Source: Chrysomallon squamiferum (Eukaryota > Animalia > Mollusca). Taken from it: a stretch of DNA of 64,000 bases. Position numbers and translations under genes: made by a program. Location: NCBI GenBank assembly GCA_012295275.1, contig CM022673.1, forward strand, positions 28,272,001-28,336,000. Direction: 5' to 3'. The notes under the pieces were generated by a model, which worked only from the letters and a program-made list of their open reading frames with translations, was not told the origin of the DNA and ran no database searches. Below are positions 30,889 to 44,153 of this stretch, one piece after another (position 1 is the first letter of the stretch; every line of letters starts with the position of its first letter).

Positions 30889-30921
<33 letters not shown>

Positions 30922-30932
30922 CTATCTATCTA
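30779..30932. repeat. (TATC)n microsatellite
   Basis: Direct observation; imperfect. Confidence 0.93.
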
Positions 30933-32633
30933 TTAATCAATCCACCTATCTATAGATAGACAGATAAAGAGACAGCTATACAGATAGTCAAAAACAGAGG
31001 GAGAAAACGAGAGGACGCAGAGAGAAGGAGAGACAGAGAAAGTGTGTCTATGAGTGTGTGAAAGAGAGAAAAAAGACATAAAGTGTATGTGTGTTTATGT
31101 GCATGTGTGTGAGAGAGCATGACAACACTAGCTGCCTTTTAGCTGTTTAGAATACTCACCCAAACACGAACTCAGTTAAAGAATGGCTAAGTAGATAACT
31201 GAAATACCTTCGGCGCGTTTTATCTGAATATGGTTTTTTCAAAGTTAGCATCGTAAAATTTGTTTCGTTATCGCTTGTGTTAACATTTCCAACGTTTGTT
31301 CTTGTATTTAATTGCACAGTAAAAATGCATGCGTGTTGACGTTAATAAGCCATCTGAGACTCATCACAGATAGATACCGAAGAAAAAGAGGAACAGAAAT
31401 AAAAAAATAAAGGCATAATGAATGAACACACGGACATAGTGCTATTAAAAGATCACTTTTAAAAGAAGGAAAAAGAGAAGAAAAAAAAAAAATTGCAGGA
31501 CGATACTGCAAGTTGAAGAACCGTAAACCTATAAGAATTAGTGCCAAAAGTATTCTAAACAAAAATAACGAGATGTTATCAGCATGTTGTGTTCAGTTCT
31601 TAGTCATTGCAACCATTGATCCAACAACTGTTTTTCTTTTGCTGTCCGTAGGTATGTGAATTCACAATATGAACTGAGGCTAATCCATGAAGACAGATTG
31701 AGATGCACGACCTGGAAAGCATGTGTTTCGTTTATAATGTGCATGCGTTCATGTATATATTTATGACTGTTTGTATATGTGTGTGTTTATATATGCACGT
31801 GTGTATACACACACACACACGCACGCACACGCACACACACACACACACAACACTTACACAGCCTCTCAGTGAATCATTCTTTCTCTTTTCAAATCTGCCT
31901 CCATTCTTGTCTGAATGTTTCTCTCTGTATATATACAGACATAATTACGGCCCGATTCCTTAACACGAAAGCGTAAGATCACGTTAAACTACTGTTAATT
32001 GGCGTTTTCCCCTTCATATCAAAACCGGCCATCAGCATTCGCACTTTTTTTTTTTTAAACCAGCTACTTAACTAATTAGCTTCTTTTTCTCTTAAGCGAG
32101 CGCGGTTTGCGAATCGCAAATCGATGACCTCGTCGTCGTCATCGCGTATTTATTCAAACACCGCACGAGCTGCTCGGAAGTCGTCATTTTATTTTTACTC
32201 ACAAAAATATATTCCGGTTTTTATCAAAAATTGGCATCAACAATTGAATCGAAATGAAGTGAAAATCAATACACACTCAATCCACGCAATCGCTAGAAAT
32301 CCTAAACGGTAACTGGATTTATCAGGATACGGATCTGCCAAATTGCTGGAGCAGCGTGCGCCTCTAATTCAATCTGACACCAGTATTTTAAGAACGCGGA
32401 GACTTACTAGCGCCCGCCAAGTGGTTTGAGAGAAAAAGAAAAGAAAAAGAACCGATGTGTCATTTCTGATCTTTAGCGGGACTAATGATCTAATCATGAA
32501 GAAAACAGGTCCAGAAAGAAAATGTTTATTACAAAAGATAAAAATAAAAAATTCCCACAGTTCGAAAACAGACACCGACACACCCAGAAACACCCACATT
32601 CCCACACAGATAGATACATACATACAGACATAT

Positions 32634-32665
<32 letters not shown>

Positions 32666-34093
32666 GCAAATACACATGAACAAAAATGGAAAAATATAAA
32701 TAAAATAAAATAAAATACTAAACAAATCAGTATCATACCTCTTATGATAGTTATATTTTATTTGTTTGTTCTTTACTTCCAAATAGAAGTCTTAGAGAAG
32801 AAAAAAAAAATTAACGACCCCATACACACACTAATTAACAATCAAAGAAGAACAATAGCACGGAGATATTTTTTAAAAAGACAATAGCTCATTGGTTTAC
32901 AAAGTGTACAATCCCGCAACGCTAAAAGTACACGCTGTCTGCCTTATTTATTTTTCAAATGGAATTTATAGTTAGGATAATTATTTCTCGTTTCCTTATA
33001 AGTGCTGTAAGCTATTACCTACCTTCTTATTTATTTATGTTATATATGGAAATTACTGAATACAGAAGAACACTAAAATAATAATATATATGGATTCTAG
33101 AAGAAAGGATCGAAGGAAAATTAAAAAAATAAATAAATAAATACTGCTGCTACTACTACTATTACTACTACTACTACTACTACTACTAGTAGTATTACAA
33201 CTACTACTACAACAACTACTACTACTAATAATAACAATAATAATAACAACAAGACTGATCAAAAATATATATTTTTAAACAGAAACAAGGAAAGGCAAAG
33301 TCAATGAGGTAAAAAAAAAAAATAAATAAAAAAAAAAAAAAAAAAAAAAAATCCCAGTAATGCATTCATTCATAAACAAACACATTTTTTTCCTGTTGGA
33401 TAATTACCCAAATTATGCAACGTGTTCAAACGGCACTAGTTTGATGACGCAAACAGAAAGATTTAAGGGATTACTTTGAAACGGCATGTAGTCAGGAAAA
33501 AAAAAAATCTCTCGATTGGTCTTGTGAATAATAAATAGCCACATCTGTTGTGCATTCCGAGAAGGAAGGGAAGGGAGAAAAGTAAAATGAACTTCAGAAT
33601 TTCTCCATCTTATTTTTTTACTCACAAAATACTTGAAATTTTAGATTCACTTGGCAATTCATCTAAGTGATATAAACAAAACAAAAAAAATTAAAAATTG
33701 AAAAAACAGAAGAAGAAATTAATTAAATTGTTCACCTGTTGGAAGAGTTCTTGTATGTAAAATATAAACTCGTATTTCTGGATATACGAAATAATGTTAT
33801 TTTCATTATGACTGAAACGATATTTAACGAAATTCCTGTTTCTCTGATTTGTGCGTGCATATATTAAATTCACAGGTGTGTAAAAAGGTTTAATCTCTTC
33901 TTCAGATCTCTTTCATTTTATACGTGGTGGGATTTTATTTTTTTCTGAAATCACCAAAACAACATAAACAAATAATTCCCTTCACAGAATAAACTTCCAC
34001 AGCATTTGTAGAAACGATTAAAAAAATATAACTAACTTGTTATTCCGCAGAGCTTTCTAACTCTCTGTTTGTCTGTCTCTCTCTCACATCTCG

Positions 34094-34096
<3 letters not shown>

Positions 34097-34153
<57 letters not shown>

Positions 34154-34174
34154 CCACACACACACATCCACACA

Positions 34175-34206
<32 letters not shown>
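34097..34206. repeat. (CA)n microsatellite
   Basis: Direct observation. Confidence 0.95.
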
Positions 34207-34693
34207 GTTTCTCATAAATGTACAAATTCATTAACACATATACACATATGCACGTACAGATACATTCTCACATCCATAGGCACACTTATACATACATACA
34301 TATGTAAAAACAGTGGTAGTAGTTGAAGTAGATGTAGCAGTAACAGTAGTATCAGTATTAGTAGCAGTAATAATAATAGTAACAGCAACAACAGCAGCAG
34401 TAATAGCAGTAGTGATAGTAGTAGTAGTAGTAGTAGTAGTAGTAATATCAGAGTAGTAGTAACCGAAGCATCAGCATTAATAGTGGTAGTTGTTATAGCA
34501 GTAACAGATGAATTACAGCGCCAGGATTTTTTTTTTTTTTTTTTTTTTAAACGAACGTTTATATTTATAATAAGCGATGAAAACATTTTATGGCAGAAAA
34601 GACCTGTACGATTTCACATAATCTGTTTACATAGTGAATAGTATATAATTACCTATACACACACAAACATACATGCACACTGACAGAGGCAGA

Positions 34694-34772
<79 letters not shown>

Positions 34773-37026
34773 AAGAATGTATGTGTGTGCTTGCTTCTCT
34801 CTCTCTCTCTCTCTGAATTTAATAAAGAAATACAAAATTATCAACTCATGTATTTAAAACAGATTAGCAGGACGCATATGGACGTGAGGACATACCTATC
34901 AATAAACCGTGTCCGGTAACTCACTTGCTAATTGGAATAGTATACTATTCACCATTTCAGATATATGATTTGGTTCGGCAGCGGGCAGACACAGTCTCCA
35001 ATTACTGTGAGCTTCAGATTCTTGCGGGGCCGCTTGGGAAATGCATAGCTAGCCCTACAACGTTACACTTACTGCAGAAACTGTCAGATCTTCAGTTTTG
35101 TTTAAAAAAAGTCCATGAAAGAAAAAAAGAAAAAGAAAAAGAGATCTTGAATTATTAGGCGTTTTCGTTTTATTGTTTTTCAGGCTGTTAAGAAAAAAAA
35201 AAAAAAATTAAATAATAATTAAACAAAAATATATTGATAACATTAAATTCAGGAAAATGATATTGATATCAGTGGATGAAAAATTTGTTTTAGTACAGAA
35301 TTGGAAAAATCGTATAAAAATTTAGAATTGTTTCAACGGCCACATATAAGCCACTTACTGGAAACTGATTTCATATAACTTTCGACTTGAGAACAAATCG
35401 ATACGCTACGGCTGGGACTGGCTGTTTGGTAAACACGACGTTCAAAAAGAATGTTCGTGTCTGACGGGAGTAAACCTCGCTTTACAGGGAAGAGCCACGG
35501 AACCAAATCAAACTGATCAGACGGTAATTAGAGACATCGGCGACGACGTTTTCATCAACTGGAAGATATTTCAGAGGAGAAGGACACGGAGAGGGAGAGA
35601 GAGGGAGAGAAATAAAGTTGTTTATTGAGTTTTGAATACATTATTTTGTGTACGTTAGCCGAGACTTGAAACAGTAAAGGCTTCGAAACATGCGGGAGAA
35701 TCGGAAATCGTTGTGATATTCTGTCGTGGGAATAAAGCTGAAGTTTGTGAAACTTTCCGAGAAATATTTGTTAATATTTGTTTCAGAAGATCGTTGATAC
35801 AGCGAATGAGGTAGAATAAAAAAAAAAAAAAAAAGTACTTTTTTTTCTTTTTTGAAACAAATTTATTATTGATTATAGAAGGCTTGTTTATTGAAAAAAA
35901 TGCCGCTTTTGAATTTTTTTACATAATTAAAAATCTGTGTGTTATTTATTTCTGTGTAAACCAGCATCACGACAGCTCCTTGCGTTCGTAAAACGATTCC
36001 TGTACTTGAGCAGTAAGTGAAACATCAGCTCAGTTCAAGCGACTGTACAACAGGTAGCGGCTATTGGAGTCTAAAGTGCGGAATTACCTTGTTGTTTTTA
36101 AAGCGATATAACAATATAATTGTGGAGGTTTTGGTAACAAAGGCATGGAACGTCAATATTTTGAAGTTGTGATGCCTAGCGCGTCTCTTAGATACTTCAT
36201 TCAGTTCAAGGAAAGACAACTTAACAGAGCGCAATAAGCTTGGCAGGAAGGATTTTAGATGAAAGACAGAGAGAGCGAGAAAAGAGAGAGAACATTAAAA
36301 ACATTGTGAATATCAGGATTATAATCAACATAAAACATTCTGAATGAGAAAGTTGTAATGGTTTTTACATGACACGATAGTTTAATGTGTGGTGCTAGAA
36401 AAGGCGATCGTTTCATCGGAGGTTACAAAGTGTTGTATAATTTTTGTGAAAAAGAAAGTTGTATTCGGAATCTGAAGTTGATTAGAAGGACTGAGTAATT
36501 GTATTTTTGTTTTTTGTGTGTGTGTGTGTTTTAAAGATTGTATTGGCCCCTGATTCGAAGGATTAAAATGGGACTCGTTATTTCTCAGGGCTAAAAATGT
36601 TGTGGTAATCGTTGTTCAGAAAGATAAACATGGTTTAAAGCTGTATCTGAAAACTGGAAATTCTCATTCACGATAGTGTTACAAAAAGTACTGGTTACAT
36701 TAAGTCTTTTTTTTTTCTTTTTTTTGTTGCCGTTAATAAATTGCTCTCTATTCCACTGGAACACAACATACAGTATTTTTGCAATGTTAATGCTGCCATC
36801 GTATGCTGACGTGTTGAATTCTGAGTTGGATATAGTTTCAAAACAACATTTGAAAAAAAATACAACTGATTTCACTGAGGATAAAACGAAATGATGTTCT
36901 TTCAATGGAAGACAAGCAAACTGAGTTTTAATTAAAACGATTAAACGCTGCATCTAAAACTAGGCGCATATTCCTCTACATGGTTCACGTTTTAGGAGTA
37001 TTCTGTTTCCGTAAATACAGTAGGGA

Positions 37027-37161
37027 ATGGTGAATGGATACCCTTTTTTTACGCGCCGTTCTAGTAGACGCATTCTGAAGCATCCGAGAACGAACCGATC
37101 AACAACCATGATGCCTTCTGGCCTGCCCCGACCGGGCAACAGAAAAGACAGTGCTATAAGG
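37027..37161 (+). CDS. Candidate alternative first coding exon of the Hv-like gene (MVNGYPFFTRRSSRRILKHPRTNRSTTMMPSGLPRPGNRKDSAIR)
   Basis: In-frame stop then ggaATGG; second in-frame accATG at 37108; GC-rich 45 codons ending AGG|GTAAGT in phase 0, matching the exon at 59323. Confidence 0.6.
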
Positions 37162-37579
37162 GTAAGTGGTAGACTCAGTTGTTAACTTTAATTCTTATTT
37201 CTTTCTTAAATATACTTTTTGCATGTTTATTGTGAATTTGGCAAGAAATGTAAAGGAAAATGGAGAGAAAAAAGATCTTAATAGATTATGACAAAATGTC
37301 CCCATGAGTAAAATCCAAATTGTAATAAAAATAGAAAAACAAGTACATGTGTCATCAACAATCATGAAAGTAAGGTCAAAGGATTCACTAAATAAATGCA
37401 GATAAATACCTGTATAGGCACGTACGCGCGCACGCACGCACACACACACACACACATACACACATATATAAATGTCTTTTTTTTAAAAAGAAGAAGAAAA
37501 TGTTAATACCAATATGTTGCTACATAAAAGCAAAATAAGAAAATGAAATAGCATCCAAAATTTGATTATTTCACAAAAA

Positions 37580-37614
37580 CACAAACACACACACGCACAC
37601 ACACACACAGACAC

Positions 37615-37664
<50 letters not shown>

Positions 37665-37757
37665 CACACATTAACATATATGCACACAAACACCACAAAT
37701 CAAAACAAATTTAACACTCATATCTTTAGATTTAATATTATCCCGATAAAGCTTAAC
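37580..37757 (-). repeat. Right arm of long-range inverted repeat ((CA)n plus unique ~90 bp)
   Basis: cacattaacatatatgcacacaaacaccacaaatcaaaacaaatttaacactcatatctttagatttaatattatcccgataaagcttaac. Confidence 0.9.
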
Positions 37758-38279
37758 ATTTTTTTTTGTTTTCTTTTCCTCTTACAATCAATACGCCTGT
37801 CTAAAGGATAATTTACTGCTGCCTTTTATGATTGTTATTTCATAACGACCAAACACTGTTGCACAACCAATCTGTTTTTGTAGAACTGCGATTGCTTTGG
37901 TTACCGCCAGTTAATTAGAATTTGCTTTAGAAAAATAAAAATAGTTGCTTATACATATTCAGATAATAAAAAATGTATTAATCTTTAAAACTGGCAGTAT
38001 CTTCACTTTTTATGGTTTTTTTTTTTTTTTTTTTTTTTTTTTGTTTGTTCTTGTCGTTTTTGTTTTGTTAGCGTTATTGGAAGAAAAACGAAAAATGAAA
38101 GATGGTATAGATATAATGGGTTTTCCCTTAAGAAGGTTCATAATATATAGTTTTCTTTTCGTGAAATAGGTTTCTATTCTCTTAATTTTTTTTTTTTTTT
38201 TTTATTTGTTTTCTTTAAATAAAAAACTAATTTCTTTTAGAAATGAATGTTTACTGGTATCATGTACTAAATTTAGAAG

Positions 38280-38399
<120 letters not shown>

Positions 38400-38714
38400 G
38401 CCCAAATACACATACAAATAGACACACAAACCCCTGTCAAAATTTCCGAAGCCTTTTGTTTTTATTTCCTTTTTTAAAAGAGACTATTAGCAGAAGCGAA
38501 TCGTTACAAAATGAGTTGGCATAATTTGATTTAAACTATCACATAAACTGATTAGAAAGTAACATAACTCGCCTTCTCCATGCAGCCTTATCTGATAGCT
38601 CTCCAGAGAGACATCCAATACTTGATAGAATGAGCGTAAGTGAGCAGGTACGTAAATAAATAAATAAGTAAGTAAGAAAGAAAGTAAGTAAGTAAGTAAG
38701 TAAATAGCAGAAAG

Positions 38715-38755
38715 AATAATAATAATAATAAATAAAAATAATAATAATAATAAAT

Positions 38756-38849
<94 letters not shown>

Positions 38850-38890
38850 GATGATAATAATAATAATATTAACAATAATAATAATAATAG
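38715..38890. repeat. (TAA)n microsatellite
   Basis: Direct observation. Confidence 0.93.
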
Positions 38891-40496
38891 GCTATTAAAT
38901 AAGTTTATATGAAATAAAAACAAATTAAATAAGTAAATAAATAAAGAAAAAAGTAAATAGGTAAGTAAATAAATAGAAAAAGTAAATAAGCAAGTAAATA
39001 ATTTAAAAAAAAGTAAATAAGTAAGTAAATAAAAAAATAAATAAATACACACACACACACACATTAACATTAACACCGACAATGATGATAAGGACGCTAA
39101 TGGATAAACAAAATAACGAAACGAGTTCGAATATACTTCGTTATTTTGCATTTTAAGACTTCACCGATACGCACACAACGTTAGACGTAAGGGAAACTGT
39201 GAAAACGATTGTTAATCAAACATTACGCGTAACGTGGAGGATCGTGTTAACATTCGCCTCGATAACAACGAACGCCTTTCAGTGAAATTTGCTAACACGT
39301 TATCTCAGCTTCTGTAAATAAATTCATATCAAGGCGATCAAATGGTTCTTCCTGAAATGTGCAGTTCCATGCAAGATCGCATTCTGAGATATACGTGTAT
39401 TTTCAATTCGTGTTGCTAATTTTTATACAAACCGGTATTGTTGACGCCGTCGTCTATCATCATCAACGTAATCATTTATTTTTTTATTTCTTCAGGATTT
39501 GACATGTCAGTGTTATAATAGTGATAATAAGGGTACAGTGGTAGCATAAGGAGTAACCGTTGAAATACTATTAGCAGTAGTAATAACATAATTGTAGATT
39601 ATAGTGTTGATTGAAGTAATCTTTGTAATAGCAGTTGTTGTTTACAGTTGAGACTTGTAGTAATAGCAGGATGGACAATATGATAGAACTCTGCATAATT
39701 TAAATGACATTTTTATCAGGTCACACAGATAATGAGAGCCTAGTGCTGCTGCAGATATGTAATGGGTTACTGTTTCAGACTAAAGCGAGAAATCATTTTG
39801 AAAAGCTCCTTCCCGTAGACCGGAAAACACGTACCAACGCTATTGATTAATAAATATATCCACTAGCTGATGTTCGATGAGACTACTGATTTAAAGTAAT
39901 CTACGTATTATAGTGCTATTGCTACTACTACAACTACTCCAGCTCTACATCTACCACTACTACAAGTGCTGCCACTACTACTACTACAATATCACTACTA
40001 TAAGTAGTAGTAGTAAAAAAAGAAGAAGTAGTAGTAGTAGTACCACTGGTTAAAAACCGAAAGAAGGAAACACAAAAAAAGAAATAGAAATGAAACCAGC
40101 AACTGTACTTTAACTACATGTTTGCTTTACCTTAAATAAGATAATATACACTATACTCATTCATAGCATCGACAGAATTATTTTTAAACCAGAATCTGTT
40201 CATCTTTCACTTGATGAAATATGATACAAGTGTTTGTTCATACTTTTTTGCTTTAAAATACACAGACAAATCTACTTTAGCTTTATTTTCTTTGAAGATT
40301 GTCATTGATAATTGAAACTGCACACAATATTTTGTAATTGCATATGCCAAAAGCAATTGGAAAATGTCACCATAAAATATTCAAACATTTTAAAATAAAT
40401 AATTTATCAGCTTATCATAAAAAGCTAAGATTTTAAAGATTGTTTTTCATGTGTACTTTTTTCATTGCATTCATACGCTACCACAATCACCACAAT

Positions 40497-40537
<41 letters not shown>

Positions 40538-41248
40538 TTACTACTGCTGCTGCTTCTACTACTACTACTAATATTACTACTGCTGCTACTACTACTACTG
40601 TACCTACTACCACTATTATTATTATTATTATCATTATTCACTCCCATACAAGTGAAATTTCGATTTCTCTTTTCAATAATATATTGTCGAGAAGTGACTC
40701 ATAAACTGCATTTTAACGAACTATCACCATCGATTAGAAAATCAGCGCGGAATCGTTCTTTCTCCATTGGATTTCCAATTAACTGGGGCTTCAGTTGTGT
40801 AAAATGTCGAGAGATGCACAGAATTTCAAAGAGTCACAGCTTGAACAAGCGCACACAGCAAATAATGAGAAACTTCCAGAAATGAAGATGGGCTGTGGCA
40901 TGCAGTTGGCCTCGGGCGTGGCTTCTTATTAGATTGATCTGCTTCGGCGGCTGCCCCGGGTTATTTGTTTGTAACAAGGTCAAGAACCTTTATGGAAATC
41001 TCGATTATTTTCGTCCTGCCTGATTACATATTATAACGCTTCCCCGACTACAAGGTTAAAACAAAACGGTATGAGGAATTAGTAACTCCATCAACGAATG
41101 AACTAATGAATATCTTTTTTTTCTCTTTTTTTTTGTATTTATATTATAAAGTGTCAGTTGTACATTTATTATCATCATCATCGTCGTCGTCATCATCATC
41201 ATCATCATCATCGTTGTTGTTGTTGTTGTTGTTGTTATTTGTAATTAC

Positions 41249-41360
41249 GAGAGTGAAAATCTCCGTTTCAGCCGCTATGGCCTTCCTTTATTGATTAGCA
41301 GCGTGTTATTTTGTGCATGCACCTTCCCATAGGCTGGAAAGCACACACACCAGCCAGCCT
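41249..41360 (-). mobile_element. Degenerate fragment of the same SINE family
   Basis: gattagcagc..tgcaccttcccataggctggaaagcacac is the reverse complement of the central domain seen at about 29100-29200. Confidence 0.5.
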
Positions 41361-41741
41361 ACACTAAAACTGTGGTTAAAAACAACAACTACCTCGAGTT
41401 GGTCAATGGTGGAAACCTTTGTAGCGATACATAAAATATAATCATTCGTTTAACATTTCGTCTAATATTACCTTGTCATTAAACTCGACAACTGAATACA
41501 AACACATTCGGCCGACACGTTTTCTTGTGTCGTACGATACAACCTACTTATTTTATATAATTTGACGTCTTAGTGTGAACACTGTTAATGTTCATGTTAT
41601 ATAGTATATATTTCATAAAGAAGCGTCGAATTATCCGATTTTTTACGGGTATCGTCTTACGAATTGGTTTTAAACTTTCTAGAACAAAACACAACTTTTC
41701 TTTTTTTATGTTAAATAATTATATATATAAACATACCTTTT

Positions 41742-41784
<43 letters not shown>

Positions 41785-43282
41785 TAAACAATTGTTACAG
41801 TAGTTATATCCATACTTGTTTAGTTCAGTCTTTTTGTTTTCCCCAGCCCGTCATTACCATTTTTTGACATGTTACTCTGACAGATCTTCACAGTTCTCGT
41901 TATGTTCAGTTATCGAAATTTAATTTTCTATTGATTCTTTTATTCGTTTCAAGACGTCATTCCCTGAGAACGAAAACATGACAATGCGAGAAGAATTTTT
42001 GAGGATTTTTTTAATAATAGAGATTTAAAAAAATATATTTTATTGAATAGACTGATTGGCAGCGTAGTCTATAATGATTTTTAGGGGCAAGAAATAATGA
42101 AAAAAAAAATAATAAAAAAAAAAAAAAATATATATATATATATCTAATCTTAGTCAAATGCAGCTTCTGTTAGACTTTGTTATTCAGTTCTTCATTTTTT
42201 TTTTTTTTTTTTTTTAAAATGTTATGCCTTTATTTTATCTCAAAACAAAGGACCAATATAACGTGCCGTCTGAGCAAGGCTTTCTGCATTCATTTTGTAT
42301 TTAGAACAGAACGCCGAAAGGAAGGTCATGTGGGTCTGAGGACCAGTACCTTTCAGTGCATCTTTAGTCTATACAGTGCCTCAATCAGTCCTCCGTCTAT
42401 TGGATAAAAAAAAAATAATTCATTTGCAGACAGACGGGTTTCTTTCTCATTATGATCCTTAAGAAACCGTCATGATTTGTATAATCTATAGATCTGAAAA
42501 TGTGTTGAGATCGCGATGAAAAAAAAATATATGTTTAATTATTTCCTAGTATTACGATTGCCCTTACTAAAAATATGTGTCATGGACCTACTGTTATGCT
42601 CTTCTCTGAAGTAATAATAAGCAATATATATATATATATATATATATAAATCAGATTTCTTTTCTGAAGGAAATTTATATGTCAAAGGTTCTTCTGACCA
42701 GGATGTATTTGAAAGACAAAATAACTTCTTTGATTCTTTCCTCTTCAAGAAACAAAATGATCAACAGATTACACTGCAGACGATGACCGGAATAAAAACA
42801 CAATGGTTCTGGCGGCGGTATGATAATTCTGACTGGCATTTTTGTTTTTATCATTTGTATTGATTCGACAGCTCTGTCTTCCTTTAGCGTTCTGGCTAAG
42901 ACTACGGCAGCACTGACGTCAGCATTATCGTCAATGACATCACTTCAGTGGAAATATCAAGTGCTGCCCAAAGATGTTAGTTGTTGACACAACATGCTAT
43001 TTTCAATCTGCTCAACGCGCTGTTCTTTAGGTCGTGTTTTTAGAAAATGACACGGGAGTGTCGGCTTGTTCTGCAATTAGCTGTCGTAATGGCCAGTGGT
43101 GAGAGGAAAATGCTAGTTGTTCCTAAGCAGACTCGTCTTGCAAATGTTAATTCCCAATAGCACAGACCTATTAAAAAAATCGCTTCAAGATTTTTATTTT
43201 TTTATTTCTGTCCTTCTTTCTTTCTTTCTTACTTCCGGAATATCTAATTTTATTTCTTTTCCTCCCTTTTTTTTTCTTTTGT

Positions 43283-43319
<37 letters not shown>

Positions 43320-44117
43320 CATTGTTCCTTTACGTCTTTGTTTCTTTTCTAATCAAATCTACCTCAGTTAGTTTTTTTTTTTTTTTTTTTTTTAATCAAA
43401 ACTATTAAATCTATATCCCTCGTTCTTAAAAAAAAAAAAAAACCCAAAAACGCCTATGGATTCACACTAGTAAATGGACGTCTACCTATCATCTCAACTT
43501 TTGAATGGAACTAAAACAAATAACAGTTTTTCAAACAAAATGTGCACATTTCACGGTTTTTTTCGTTAAACAACATGAAAGATTCTTGAACACATTCAAG
43601 AAAAGAACGCTGAAATTAAGTGTTTGTGATAATAATTATCACAGTTAATCAAAACAATTGGACAGATATTTAGATATTAAAATGCTAATCAAAACAAACT
43701 GAAATTAAAATGTGTTTAATTATCAAAACCATAAGATATCTTGAATTTAAAGATATTTTTTTTTTTTTTTTTTTTTTTAGTTTTTGCTATTTGAAATTAA
43801 ATACCTCTTTGACATAAATGTTAATATTATGAGTAAGCCCTCCACAATTTTTTTCCCTCTTTAACAGCATGAGGCATTTAATTAGGATTTTATCATATAC
43901 AGCCTCTGATGTAGTCCTGGAGCACTGTGTGCTTTCAGGAATGGGAGTAGATCCTGTGGTTGCATCAAGGAGAACTGATTCTACAGCTTATCTAGTCTCT
44001 GATCAGTTCTCTAATCATTTATCTATAAACAGTTCTTCTTAATAAGATAATTAATTACTGTCAATCGGGAAATTTAATGAAAATAAAAATAAATAAATAA
44101 ATAAATAAATACATACA

Positions 44118-44153
<36 letters not shown>

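Noticed and set aside
41961-41969. TCCCTGAGA matching the 5' end of miR-125/lin-4
   Set aside because: The match stops after 9 nt and there is no hairpin.
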